Shown here: piece by piece, positions 20,169 to 29,720 of the stretch
How the letters are laid out: the number at the start of each line of letters is the position of its first letter
How positions within the stretch are numbered: position 1 is the stretch's first letter
From: Bacillota bacterium
Lineage (GTDB): Bacteria > Bacillota > Clostridia > Peptostreptococcales > Acidaminobacteraceae
Assembly: GCA_030529605.1 (NCBI GenBank)
Contig: JAUMWO010000001.1
Coordinates: 1-61,161, forward strand
Direction of reading: 5' to 3'
Length of the DNA: 61,161 nt
The notes under the pieces: generated by a model
What the model saw: only the letters and a program-made list of their open reading frames with translations
The model's database searches: none
What the model was told of the DNA's origin: nothing
Program-made: the position numbers and the translations under genes

Positions 20169-20796
20169 TGATCGCCTCCAATTTATAAATCGGCATTCCT
20201 CGGGTCGCAAATTTGCTTTCGTATTCCGTCCGAACATTGTCCTCCGGTTCGTTCGAATGGAGATCCAAACTGACGAAGGAGAGGACGAACGGGGCACGCG
20301 AAAACTCGCAGAGCGAGAATTCGAACAGTTTGCGGTTGTCCGTCTTGAACTCGAGCTTGGCACCGGGCTTGAGCAGACGACTGTATTGCGCCAAAAATTC
20401 GCGATAGGTCAGGCGTCGCTTGTAATGCCCGCTCTTTGGCCACGGATCCGAAAAATTGAGAAACAGTCCGTCAAACTCGTCGTCCGCAAAGTACTCTGCC
20501 GCCGCGCGCAGATCGATCCGGGCAAAGCGGAGGTTGTGCGGCAGCGGATCGAGTTTTGACGCCTTCTTGACCGCTCGAATCAGAATCTCCGGCACCACAT
20601 CGACCATCAGATAGTCGACATCGGGATTGCGCCGCGCCTGCTCGATGATGAAGCCGCCCTTGCCTCCGCCGAATTCCGCAATCAGACGCGAAAAGCCCGG
20701 CCTGCGCCACGTCCCGCGCAACAAAGCGGGCTCTGCGACAAACAGCGGATAGTCGCAGAGCGCTTCTTCGGTACCGCGGATTCTACGAACACGCAC
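20140..20796 (-). CDS. trmB: tRNA (guanine46-N7)-methyltransferase
   Basis: Motifs EFGGGKGGF, FSDPWPK and KTDN. I prefer the GTG at 20796 ((M)RVRRIRG..., matching the MRMRHKPW-type TrmB N-terminus). It overlaps the pyrE stop by 1 nt (TAGTG). The track start is the TTG at 20835. Confidence 0.88.
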   Translation of the reverse strand: MRVRRIRGTEEALCDYPLFVAEPALLRGTWRRPGFSRLIAEFGGGKGGFIIEQARRNPDVDYLMVDVVPEILIRAVKKASKLDPLPHNLRFARIDLRAAAEYFADDEFDGLFLNFSDPWPKSGHYKRRLTYREFLAQYSRLLKPGAKLEFKTDNRKLFEFSLCEFSRAPFVLSFVSLDLHSNEPEDNVRTEYESKFATRGMPIYKLEAINAKPSGSCD

Positions 20797-21434
20797 TAAG
20801 CCTTCTCCGTGAACAGATATGGGTTTTCGCTCCAAGCGAGGAGCGTCGGAATCAACGAATCCGCGATGTAGCCGCGCTCACGTGCCCGTTCCAGCATCAC
20901 GGGATATGTCGTCAACGATTCGTAGGAGCTGGACGCCTTGGCGAATGTGTCCGCCGCCTTTGGGAAACCGTAACTGAAGATCGCCAGACATCCGAGCACA
21001 TCGGCACCTTCCGCGCGCAGACCTTCAATCGCCCCTACGGAACTTCCGCCCGTGGACACCAGATCCTCGATCAGCACGACCTTCGCGCCCGGATTGAGCA
21101 CTCCTTCCACCTGACGACCTCGGCCATGCTCCTTGCTCGCCGAGCGCACATAGACCATCGGAAGCCCCAAGATCTGCGCCACCCAAGCCGCATGCGGGAT
21201 GCCTGCAGTCGCCGTTCCGGCGATCACTTCCGCTTGCGGATACAGCGCACGGATGCGGGCGGCAAAGCCTTCGGCGATCACATTGCGCACTTCCGGGTAC
21301 GAAATGGTCATGCGGTTGTCGCAGTAAATCGGAGATCGAATCCCGGAAACCCAAGTGAACAGATGATCCGGGTCGACGATTTTCACAGCGCCGATGTCGA
21401 GCAAATGATCGGCGATCACGGTTCGAATATCCAT
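20796..21434 (-). CDS. pyrE: Orotate phosphoribosyltransferase
   Basis: Trimmed to the ATG at 21434 (SD GGGAGGAG). Motifs SGIRSPIYCDNR and VVLIEDLVSTGGSS. Confidence 0.93.
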   Translation of the reverse strand: MDIRTVIADHLLDIGAVKIVDPDHLFTWVSGIRSPIYCDNRMTISYPEVRNVIAEGFAARIRALYPQAEVIAGTATAGIPHAAWVAQILGLPMVYVRSASKEHGRGRQVEGVLNPGAKVVLIEDLVSTGGSSVGAIEGLRAEGADVLGCLAIFSYGFPKAADTFAKASSSYESLTTYPVMLERARERGYIADSLIPTLLAWSENPYLFTEKA

Positions 21435-21454
21435 AACTCCTCCCATTCGTTGCT

Positions 21455-22990
21455 TTATTCTTTTTTCAGTCCGTCTTCGGAGTAGACATTGGCCGCGTTC
21501 CAGATCAGCCACTCGTGGATGCCCTTGTCTTCGAGGGCCTGAATCTGTGCTCTCAGCTCACGTCCGCCATACGGGATATGCCCCGGGACCCATCCCGCGG
21601 TGAAGTCTTGGATCCAAGGACGCAGCAATGCCGGGGTATCGACATTTTCGTTTCGGCTGATCGAATCCTGAATCGCTCCGTAAATCGTCTCATACGGCTT
21701 GGCATCCGGCACGGCAAGGCCAAAGTTTCCTTCCCCGTAATGGCTCGGATAGATCATCGGGCACATGTAGTCGACGACATTGGTCATCGCCTCCCAGTGT
21801 TGCCCGATCCCGGCGTCGTCCAAAGCCGTCGCCGTCCAACCGAACACGTCCGCCGCGATGTACACTTTGCTGTCTGCCAGTTCGCGGTATGCCTGCTTCA
21901 AGAATCCTTGGATCGCAGCCGTTGCACTCTCGCCGTTGGTGTTTCGGTAGTCGACCGGAATCGACGGATGCACCGCCGGGAAACGCACATAGTCAAATTG
22001 GATCTCATCAAAGCCCATTTCTGCCGCTTCTTTGGCTACACCGATGTTGTATTCCCAAAGGGTGCGGTCATGCGGCGAAGCCCAGAGCAACTGGTCGCGA
22101 TCCGAATAAACCTGCCCCGTATCCGTACGCGTGATCGCACGCTCCGGATGCTTGACGGCATAGATCGGCGACTTGAAGGTGACGATGCGGGCGATCAGAT
22201 AAATCCCCTTGTCTTTGGCACGCTGCAACGCCGCCTTGATGTCGCGTTGACCGACATACTCATTCGCTCCCGGATTGAGGCGCTCGGCGGTCTTGGAATG
22301 GAACAACATATAATCGCTGTCGTCCTTGACGTCGATCACCATCGCATTGAGCTCCGTGCGATCGACCAGATCGCTCAGTTCGTCGAAACGCGGACCTGAA
22401 GCGGTACTGATGGTCACAAAGATGCCCTTGGCTTGAATGCGCGGTCTGCCCTCGAAGTCCGGATGCTTTTGAAATGCTGTATAATCGACATCTTGCTCCG
22501 GATAGGCGATGTAGTCCATACGGGTCTTCTTGACATCCTTTGCCGCAACATAGCCCAGCGGATCCGTCGCCTCAATGGTTTCGCGAACCTTATAAAAGAG
22601 CGGCGCACCATTGTCGTCTTTGATGATCTCATCGACGATCAGACCGCTTCGGCGCACGACGACATGCTTGACCGCCGCGTCGGTGCTCGGTGATTCCAGA
22701 ATCTCCGCTTCGGTTTCGACCATATAGGTCTTCTCTGCGATCTCTTTGGCGAGCTGCTCCCGGCGCTTCGCTTCTTCAGCGGCTTTGCGCTCCGCTTCGA
22801 GACGCTCCGCCTCCGCAACCGAAAGGGAAGCCGCTTCCGCCGAAGCAGATGCGGTGGTTCCTTGTGCTGTAGCAGTGGTCGGAGTTTCTGCTCCGGCGGT
22901 CTTGGCGAACATCGTCATCACGATGTAGGTCGAAAGCGCGATTACGGCAATCAACAAAATTACGATGGTAAATAATTTGCCTCTAGACAT
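21455..22990 (-). CDS. Membrane-anchored putative glycoside hydrolase (DUF4015/YngK-like TIM barrel)
   Basis: ATG at 22990 (MSRGKLFTIVILLIAVI, a TM anchor), then an Ala/Glu-rich linker. The core YLIARIVTFKS...EMGFDEIQFDYVRFP resembles the DUF4015 family. Assignment is from memory. Confidence 0.6.
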   Translation of the reverse strand: MSRGKLFTIVILLIAVIALSTYIVMTMFAKTAGAETPTTATAQGTTASASAEAASLSVAEAERLEAERKAAEEAKRREQLAKEIAEKTYMVETEAEILESPSTDAAVKHVVVRRSGLIVDEIIKDDNGAPLFYKVRETIEATDPLGYVAAKDVKKTRMDYIAYPEQDVDYTAFQKHPDFEGRPRIQAKGIFVTISTASGPRFDELSDLVDRTELNAMVIDVKDDSDYMLFHSKTAERLNPGANEYVGQRDIKAALQRAKDKGIYLIARIVTFKSPIYAVKHPERAITRTDTGQVYSDRDQLLWASPHDRTLWEYNIGVAKEAAEMGFDEIQFDYVRFPAVHPSIPVDYRNTNGESATAAIQGFLKQAYRELADSKVYIAADVFGWTATALDDAGIGQHWEAMTNVVDYMCPMIYPSHYGEGNFGLAVPDAKPYETIYGAIQDSISRNENVDTPALLRPWIQDFTAGWVPGHIPYGGRELRAQIQALEDKGIHEWLIWNAANVYSEDGLKKE

Positions 22991-23059
22991 GGTTTCTCCA
23001 TTGTTATAAATTCTCGCCAACAAAGGCGAAGGAAGCGATCGAAGCGGAACCGGCGGGAA

Positions 23060-23725
23060 TTACCTGTTCCGCGAGGCGGCGGATGCCGCAGGGCGCTTGG
23101 CAAACGCCAGCAAGAGTCCCAGCGAGATGCTCAGATACGCAGCGACGACCACGCGGTAATCTCCCGGCAACAGGAAGGTGACGGTATGTGCCGGGATCCA
23201 GAACAGCGGGATCGTTTTCTTGACCACAAAGCCGAGAAAACCGACGAGGTCTATCTTATGGGCGATCTCCGCTAAAGTCGGGTTCTTACCCTCTCCAAAC
23301 CGAAGATCGAGGTAGGAGTCGGTGAAGCGATGCGCCAACATCATCGTCGGCGCGAAGGTGAGATTCATACAGACGCTGATCCACAGTGCCGTCATGACGG
23401 AATTACCTGCAAACGGGAGCATTCCGCCATCCATCGCCGCCCGAACTCCATTCGAAAAGATCGAAAAAATCAGCGTGATCACGATGCCGAGAAGTCCCCA
23501 AATCACAACCCGCAGAAACAGCGCGGGCGGGAGGACCCACGCGCGCCTAACGATCCGACCGGCGAGCAATTCCCCCATGGTTGCGAGCAGAGCAAACTTG
23601 ACGAAGCCTCCCGGATAGGGATGCGCCGTCATCCACAGAAAAAAGCTCGATTTGGTTAAAATCAGCGCCGTAAAGCCGACAAATAGCGAGATCCAAATCA
23701 GATCTCCGACTCGATTGTTCTTCAT
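23060..23725 (-). CDS. Integral membrane protein of unknown function (about 6 TM)
   Basis: The 221-aa hydrophobic ORF starts at an ATG and fits the coding strand of its neighbours. I recognise no family motif. Confidence 0.5.
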   Translation of the reverse strand: MKNNRVGDLIWISLFVGFTALILTKSSFFLWMTAHPYPGGFVKFALLATMGELLAGRIVRRAWVLPPALFLRVVIWGLLGIVITLIFSIFSNGVRAAMDGGMLPFAGNSVMTALWISVCMNLTFAPTMMLAHRFTDSYLDLRFGEGKNPTLAEIAHKIDLVGFLGFVVKKTIPLFWIPAHTVTFLLPGDYRVVVAAYLSISLGLLLAFAKRPAASAASRNR

Positions 23726-23754
23726 ATCCCGTTCATCGATCCCGCGGATCCGTG

Positions 23755-24963
23755 CTATTTCTTAGAAACCGCCGGAGCGACCAATTTGGTGCCCTTGACA
23801 AATCCACTGCCGATCAAAGGCATCGCATATTGGACAAAAGCATCCGTGACATGGTTCCCTGCCGCATTGATGAATTCATCCGGCATATGCTTCGTGAGCG
23901 CAGCGATCTCGCGCAGTCCCACAACGCGCATCGAGACGGCATATTCGCCGCTTTGACGCTCCATCACGACCGAACCGTTTGCCCCGCCGCTCATCGCATG
24001 TTGTACGCCCTTGATCGCGACTGCACGCGCTTCGCGCTGATCCACATCGGATACGACGCCGAGAAAGGAACGCTGCATATAACCGAGCGTATCGGCACGC
24101 ACGCGTCCGATGCCGAGTTTTGCCTTGATTTCTGCTGCGAGCAGGTCGCCCAGCGCTCCCGTACCCGAAAGCTGAACATTGCCATGCGCATCCTTTTCCA
24201 CCGTATCCATCAATTTGGTTACGATCGGCACGCCGTTCTCGTCTTGGATCCCCTCTGAGACCGCAACGACGCAACGCCCTTCGCGCTCATACACCTCTTT
24301 GACATCGGCGAGAAAGCGCTCGATTTGGAACGGACGCTCCGGGAAATAAATGAGATGCGGCCCGTCGGATTCGCTTGCACGTCCAAGCGCTGCAGCTCCG
24401 GTGAGGAATCCGGCATGGCGTCCCATAATGACGCCGACATAGACGCCGGCGAGAGCGCGGTTGTCAAAATTGATGCCGGCAAAAGCCGATGCCACATAGC
24501 GTGCCGCCGAACCGAATCCCGGCGTATGATCGTTGATCACGAGGTCATTGTCGACCGTCTTCGGAATATGGATCGCGCGCAATTCGTATCCTTCTTTTTC
24601 CGCTTCTTCTGCGACGATGCGCACCGTGTCGGAAGAATCGTTGCCTCCGATGTAGAAGAAATAGCGGATGTCGTGCAATTTCATCGCTTCAAAGATCTTC
24701 TTGCAGTATTCCGGCGTCGGCTTGACACGCGTCGAGAGCAGAGCTGAGGACGGAGTCGCCGCAACCGCTTCCAAATGCTGCACATCCACATCGGTCAAAT
24801 CGACGAGATCTTGGTTGACGATCCCCTCGATCCCATGCACCGCTCCGTAGATGCGATTGACTTGTTCGTACTTGCGCGCCTCGAGTGCGACGCCCACCAT
24901 CGATTGATTAATGACTGCAGTCGGGCCGCCGCCTTGCGCGACCAGAAGATTTCCTTTTTTCAT
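23755..24963 (-). CDS. pfp: 6-phosphofructokinase, probably pyrophosphate-dependent (Pfp type)
   Basis: Motifs GGGPTAVINQS, IGGNDSSDT, PKTVDNDL and MGRHAGF. Asp occupies the position equivalent to E. coli PfkA Gly104, which favours PPi dependence. Confidence 0.85.
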   Translation of the reverse strand: MKKGNLLVAQGGGPTAVINQSMVGVALEARKYEQVNRIYGAVHGIEGIVNQDLVDLTDVDVQHLEAVAATPSSALLSTRVKPTPEYCKKIFEAMKLHDIRYFFYIGGNDSSDTVRIVAEEAEKEGYELRAIHIPKTVDNDLVINDHTPGFGSAARYVASAFAGINFDNRALAGVYVGVIMGRHAGFLTGAAALGRASESDGPHLIYFPERPFQIERFLADVKEVYEREGRCVVAVSEGIQDENGVPIVTKLMDTVEKDAHGNVQLSGTGALGDLLAAEIKAKLGIGRVRADTLGYMQRSFLGVVSDVDQREARAVAIKGVQHAMSGGANGSVVMERQSGEYAVSMRVVGLREIAALTKHMPDEFINAAGNHVTDAFVQYAMPLIGSGFVKGTKLVAPAVSKK

Positions 24964-25086
24964 CTATAACTCCTTTCGAATTCCGCTCGAGATTCTTCTT
25001 TTCTATCCTAAAAGTATATCATACGACCGCCAACTTCACCTTAAAATTTCCTTTAAATTCTGATATACTGGGGAGCGGAGGTAACC

Positions 25087-25611
25087 ATGAAACTATACGA
25101 TCAATGGAATCACCTGCTCAATGACGGACAGCAGGATTCCAAATTCTGGAATGCATATCTTGCCATGGAAACGACATTCTATGAAAATTTGCTCGCCTTG
25201 CCGGTAACCGGAGACGGCTTTGAGAAACGCATCGCATTCGAAACCAGTGTAAAGGAGCTCGCCGAAAAACACAAGATCGACGCCAAATTGGCTACGGGGT
25301 TTGTCGACGGAATCAATGACAGCCTTGCCGAAGCGATCGATCTCGAATCGCTTGAGGCGGATACGGAAATCCGCACTCAAGTCGTTCTTTCCAAGCTCTT
25401 CCAAAACATGATCAAGGCGAAGGCCGAATGGCTGTACACCTTGGATCAATGGGCGCCGATTTTCAGCGAAGAGGAGCGCAAACAGCTTCGCCGCGAATAC
25501 ATCGATTCCGTAACCGCAAAAAGCGAAAAAATCGCCGGTCGCAATGATCCCTGCCCTTGCGGAAGCGGGAAAAAGTACAAAAAATGTTGCTTAAACAAGG
25601 AGACACAATGA
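25087..25611 (+). CDS. SEC-C motif domain protein (function unknown)
   Basis: C-terminal GRNDPCPCGSGKKYKKCC is a SEC-C zinc-binding motif. I do not recognise the N-terminal 150 aa. Confidence 0.6.
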   Translation: MKLYDQWNHLLNDGQQDSKFWNAYLAMETTFYENLLALPVTGDGFEKRIAFETSVKELAEKHKIDAKLATGFVDGINDSLAEAIDLESLEADTEIRTQVVLSKLFQNMIKAKAEWLYTLDQWAPIFSEEERKQLRREYIDSVTAKSEKIAGRNDPCPCGSGKKYKKCCLNKETQ

Positions 25612-26285
25612 AGTCACGCATTCTACTATCCATCCTCGCACTGATTCTCGTCCTTACGGCGGCTTGTCAGTCGAACCCTGCCCCGGCCACCGACGGCAAT
25701 GCACCGACCAACGCATCGGCAACCACCCCGCCGGCGACATCCGGAGACGGTTCGAGCCAACCGGCTCCATCTCAACCGTCAAGCACTTCCGGTTCGAATC
25801 CTCCGACGACCGTCACCTCGACAACCGACGCTGCGGGGACGGAAACGACCAAGCCTCCATTCTACCTCGAAGACTATTCGCTCGCCCTCCTGAAAGACGG
25901 AAGCAAGACGAAGCTCTCCGAGAACACCAAAAAACTGACCGTCCTCAATTTCTGGGCGAGCTGGTGCCATTTCTGCGTGCAGGAAATGCCCGACCTGATC
26001 GAGATTTCCAAACGCGACGATGTGCGCGTCATCTTTATCAATGCCGGCGAAGACAAGCAAACTGTCGAAAACTTTATGAAAAACAACAATTACGACTTCG
26101 AAGTCCACACGGATGTCGACGATACGATGACTCGTTTCTTCGGGATCACCGGACTCCCGACGTCGATCTTCATCGGCGAGGATCGTGAGCTTTACTATAT
26201 CCACCGCGGATTGATGGATGTGGCGATGTTTGATGAGGTCAAAAAAGCAGTGGACGAATACATTGCAAAAAGGAGTCAGCCATGA
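25608..26285 (+). CDS. TlpA/ResA-like thiol-disulfide oxidoreductase lipoprotein
   Basis: The ATG at 25608 overlaps the upstream stop (ATGA). Lipobox LTAAC, then a Ser/Pro/Thr-rich linker, then a thioredoxin fold with WCHFC (NFWASWCHFCVQEMP). Confidence 0.8.
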   Translation: MKSRILLSILALILVLTAACQSNPAPATDGNAPTNASATTPPATSGDGSSQPAPSQPSSTSGSNPPTTVTSTTDAAGTETTKPPFYLEDYSLALLKDGSKTKLSENTKKLTVLNFWASWCHFCVQEMPDLIEISKRDDVRVIFINAGEDKQTVENFMKNNNYDFEVHTDVDDTMTRFFGITGLPTSIFIGEDRELYYIHRGLMDVAMFDEVKKAVDEYIAKRSQP

Positions 26286-27307
26286 TTCAAACGGAATTTT
26301 TAAAGGAAGCCCTTTCGACGATTCTGAACATCGAATCTCCAAGCGGCTACACCCACCATGTGATGGAGCGCATCGCGCAATATGCGAAAGAATTCGGCTA
26401 CGAATTCAAACGCAATCGAAAAGGTGGCGGTCTGATTCTCTTGGAAGGTCAGGACAACAGCCGAACCGTCTCCTTGTCCGGACATGTCGATACCCTCGGC
26501 GCGATGGTGCGGAGCATCGACGGAAGCGGAAATTTGATCTTCACGAAGGTCGGGGGACCGATTCTCGCGACACTCGACGGAGAATACGGAACCGTGATCA
26601 CGCGGGACGGCAAACGATTCCGCGGCACCTTCCTCTCCAAATCTCCGGCAGCGCATGTGTTCAGCGACAGCAATGACCGAAAGCGCGACGAGGACAATAT
26701 GTACTTCCGTCTCGACGCCAATGTGCGCAGCAAAGAGGATACACTCCATCTCGGCATCGGCGTCGGGGACTACATCTGCATCGACCCGAAACTCGAATTC
26801 GTCGGCGACTTTGTCAAATCGCGTTTCCTCGATGACAAAGCGAGCGTCGCTTGCATTCTCACGGCTCTGAAGCATTTGGCGGACAACGGTCTCAAGCCAA
26901 AATATCGCACCGTCGTGCTGATTTCAAACTACGAAGAAGTCGGGCACGGCGCTTCGCATATCCCGCACGAGATCGACGAAATGCTCGCCGTGGATATGGG
27001 CTGCATCGGCAAGGATTTGACTTGTACGGAATTCGATGTCTCGATCTGTGCCAAAGACTCGAGCGGTCCTTATGACTACCACATGGTCAGCGGCCTGATC
27101 GAATCCGCAAAGAAAAACGAAGTCCCTTATGCGGTCGATATCTACCCATACTACGGCTCCGATGCATCCGCTGCGCTCCGCGCCGGCAATGACATCCGCG
27201 CAGCCCTGATCGGACCGGGTGTCCACGCATCCCACGGGATGGAACGCACGACGATTCCGGCGCTCGAAGGTACGACAAAACTGATCCTGGCGTATTTGCT
27301 GGATTAA
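26282..27307 (+). CDS. M42-family aminopeptidase (FrvX/YsdC-like)
   Basis: 341 aa. Motifs LSGHVDTLG, RFLDDKA, NYEEVGHGA and GPGVHASHG. ATGA overlap with the upstream gene. Confidence 0.85.
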   Translation: MIQTEFLKEALSTILNIESPSGYTHHVMERIAQYAKEFGYEFKRNRKGGGLILLEGQDNSRTVSLSGHVDTLGAMVRSIDGSGNLIFTKVGGPILATLDGEYGTVITRDGKRFRGTFLSKSPAAHVFSDSNDRKRDEDNMYFRLDANVRSKEDTLHLGIGVGDYICIDPKLEFVGDFVKSRFLDDKASVACILTALKHLADNGLKPKYRTVVLISNYEEVGHGASHIPHEIDEMLAVDMGCIGKDLTCTEFDVSICAKDSSGPYDYHMVSGLIESAKKNEVPYAVDIYPYYGSDASAALRAGNDIRAALIGPGVHASHGMERTTIPALEGTTKLILAYLLD

Positions 27308-27336
27308 TCCGTCGCTCGGTGCCGCGCTCACGCGTA

Positions 27337-28485
27337 TCACTCCGGAATTACTCGAATCACACGGCTTCCCAAGCTTTCGATCGACTGCAACCACTGTGCT
27401 CGATCGACTTGTTGGAAGCCGTTTTCAGGATTCATTACAAAAAAGGTGCTGTCATCAAAACCGTGAAGCACGGTCACGATCAAATTGACCGGAGCGACAA
27501 ATTCCTCTCCCGTCGTGATCATATGCCACCGATAATCGAAACGAGCCGGCGCCAGGTCCGTCGTCTGCCAAACCACCAGCGGGATCCCCTCTCGCACGGA
27601 TTCGACAAGCCGGGATTCGGTCGGTTGTTCCATGGCTTCCACGCGGAAACCCGTCTCGCCGAGTTTGTGCAGGTAATCCCGCGTCGCCTGCATCACCGGT
27701 TTTTCGTACACGATCCATCCTTGGGAATCCGACGGCTTGCCCGCAAATGCGATCTCCGGATCAGCACCGAACAACAGACCGTTTTGATAATAAAAATCTT
27801 CCGTCTTTAAATGCGCCGCAAGCGCATTTTTTTTCGCGTCCACATTCCAGTATTGAAGCACGGATGTCATCGAGGCGATCGCATCTCCGGTCGGGAGATC
27901 GATTCCCGTAAGCACTTCCGGAATTTCCAAAACACGGTTTACCACGCGCAGTCCGCCCTTGCCGTCGGATTCGAATCGCGTGATGCCGGGGACCGGTTCG
28001 ATCGAAAATCGAAGGATCACCTCCGGATGCTCGACCGTGAAAGCGATGCGCTCCTCGCGCGGAGCGAGAATCCCGTCCCCTTCCCGGCGCAATACGGCTT
28101 CGTACGCAGTGCGATACTGAGCGACAAAGGGCTCCCCTCCGGTCGTCAAGGTCGCCACCTCGTCTCCATTTTGAAAGACGGTCACCGCCGCCCCCGTGAT
28201 CTCCACGGCATCGCCGACCAGAGCGGAAGCGCGCACCTTGGCGACTCGCGGGTCGCCAAGGAACGACGCTCGCAATTTACCGAAAAAGCCGAGCGACTCC
28301 CCTTCCACGCCAGATACATACACGATGCGAGCATCGTCCGGCGCCGCATGATCCCTGCCGAAATAGTACTGTAGATTGCCCAGAACTCCGGTGCGCTGTA
28401 GAAAAAAAGCGACCGCAACGATTCCGCAAAGAATCGCGCCGATCACTGCAAATTTAATCATACGGGACAACATTGTGCTCTCCAT
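27337..28485 (-). CDS. Membrane-anchored protein with a C-terminal peptidase-C39-like (YvpB-like) domain; canonical Cys/His apparently absent
   Basis: ATG at 28485 with SD AGGAGG, followed by a TM helix. The C-terminal 180 aa resemble the C39_2 family (LPTGDAIASMTSVLQYW ... LVVWQTT ... VTVLHGFDDSTFFVMNP). The family call is from memory. Confidence 0.45.
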   Translation of the reverse strand: MESTMLSRMIKFAVIGAILCGIVAVAFFLQRTGVLGNLQYYFGRDHAAPDDARIVYVSGVEGESLGFFGKLRASFLGDPRVAKVRASALVGDAVEITGAAVTVFQNGDEVATLTTGGEPFVAQYRTAYEAVLRREGDGILAPREERIAFTVEHPEVILRFSIEPVPGITRFESDGKGGLRVVNRVLEIPEVLTGIDLPTGDAIASMTSVLQYWNVDAKKNALAAHLKTEDFYYQNGLLFGADPEIAFAGKPSDSQGWIVYEKPVMQATRDYLHKLGETGFRVEAMEQPTESRLVESVREGIPLVVWQTTDLAPARFDYRWHMITTGEEFVAPVNLIVTVLHGFDDSTFFVMNPENGFQQVDRAQWLQSIESLGSRVIRVIPE

Positions 28486-28554
28486 GAATCCTCCTATCGG
28501 AAGCGGCGTTCAAACACATGATCACAGCGCTTGCTTACCTCGCAAAGCTCCCTC

Positions 28555-29706
28555 TTAAATGTGGAGTTCGGACTCGCCGTCCCCCTGTGTCATCATCCAG
28601 CGGGATTCTCCGTCCAGGGAGTCGAGATCGACCTTGCCCGAAATGTCAACGGCGATCATCATATTGTTCAACAGCGGTCTTTTGTTGTAAGCAAATCCAC
28701 ATTGAAGCAGAGCGGACTGCATCGCCTCATTTCCGCCGATGCAGAGCGTGATGTACTCGACATTCGCTCCGTAAGCAAACTCGACGACCGCAGCCGCTAA
28801 AGCCTTCGCCTCGGACGGCCGGCAAAAGAATTCCGCGACCGTCAACATCGAATGTCCTTTTTGCGGACAAACGCGCACGACTGCAAAGCCTTCCGAGGCA
28901 TCCGCCCCCTCTTTGCGGATCGTGATCGCGGTATATTTCTTGTCCGGACGTTGGTTGTAGCGATAGTTCAAATAGCGATAATCGCGGACGATATGCGCCC
29001 CGAATTGATCGCGGTATTTCAAATAACAGGCTTCCACTTCCGCGGGAACCGCGTCGAGCACTTCCGATCGGTATCCTTTGAGCGCGGCACGCAGACCCAT
29101 GCGCCGGAACGAATCGTAAACTCCATAGAAGAAAGCCCCGACCATCGGAAGCAACGGAATCCGGATTCTTCGGCGCAGACGTGTCGCGATCCGCACCGGG
29201 CGCACAAACAGGCGTTTTTCAAACAATGTGCGCCATCCAAATTTGACATAGGCGCCGTAGGAGTTGGAATTGGCGAGTCCAAGCACCAGATCGAGACCAT
29301 GTTCCTTTGCCTTGGCCAGCGAGTTCTCCGTCATTTGACGAAAGATCCCCTGCCGCATATAGTCCGGATGGGTCATCGATTCGACGGAATGCGCAGATTT
29401 GTAGACCTTGCCATCGATATAGAGATCGAAGGGATAGAGACCGTCCGAAGCGATCACCTTCTTGCCCGACTCCGGCGCGTCCGACGACAGCGACTCGCGC
29501 ATCACATACATCATGTTTTCCTGCGGCGGATTGTATGGGTTTTGATTGAAATACCAATCATACATCGCATAATCGGTCGTGATGCCGCTGCCGAAGCTGA
29601 GACGACTCAACTCCACAAAGGTCTCGTAGTCCTGCTTTAGTTCGATGCTGCCGATTTCTCTCGGCGGATGAGTTTTCTGTATGTCTTTCGTTTTTTCTTG
29701 AGTCAA
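28555..29706 (-). CDS. GNAT-fold acyltransferase, large two-lobed (383 aa), specificity unknown
   Basis: TTG start at 29706, 7 nt after GAGGAG. GNAT-like core VESMTHPDYMRQGIFRQMTENSLAKAKEHGLDLVLGLAN..YGAYVKFGW. It lies 14 nt downstream of the Mur-ligase gene. Confidence 0.55.
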   Translation of the reverse strand: MTQEKTKDIQKTHPPREIGSIELKQDYETFVELSRLSFGSGITTDYAMYDWYFNQNPYNPPQENMMYVMRESLSSDAPESGKKVIASDGLYPFDLYIDGKVYKSAHSVESMTHPDYMRQGIFRQMTENSLAKAKEHGLDLVLGLANSNSYGAYVKFGWRTLFEKRLFVRPVRIATRLRRRIRIPLLPMVGAFFYGVYDSFRRMGLRAALKGYRSEVLDAVPAEVEACYLKYRDQFGAHIVRDYRYLNYRYNQRPDKKYTAITIRKEGADASEGFAVVRVCPQKGHSMLTVAEFFCRPSEAKALAAAVVEFAYGANVEYITLCIGGNEAMQSALLQCGFAYNKRPLLNNMMIAVDISGKVDLDSLDGESRWMMTQGDGESELHI

Positions 29707-29720
29707 ATTTCACTCCTCTT

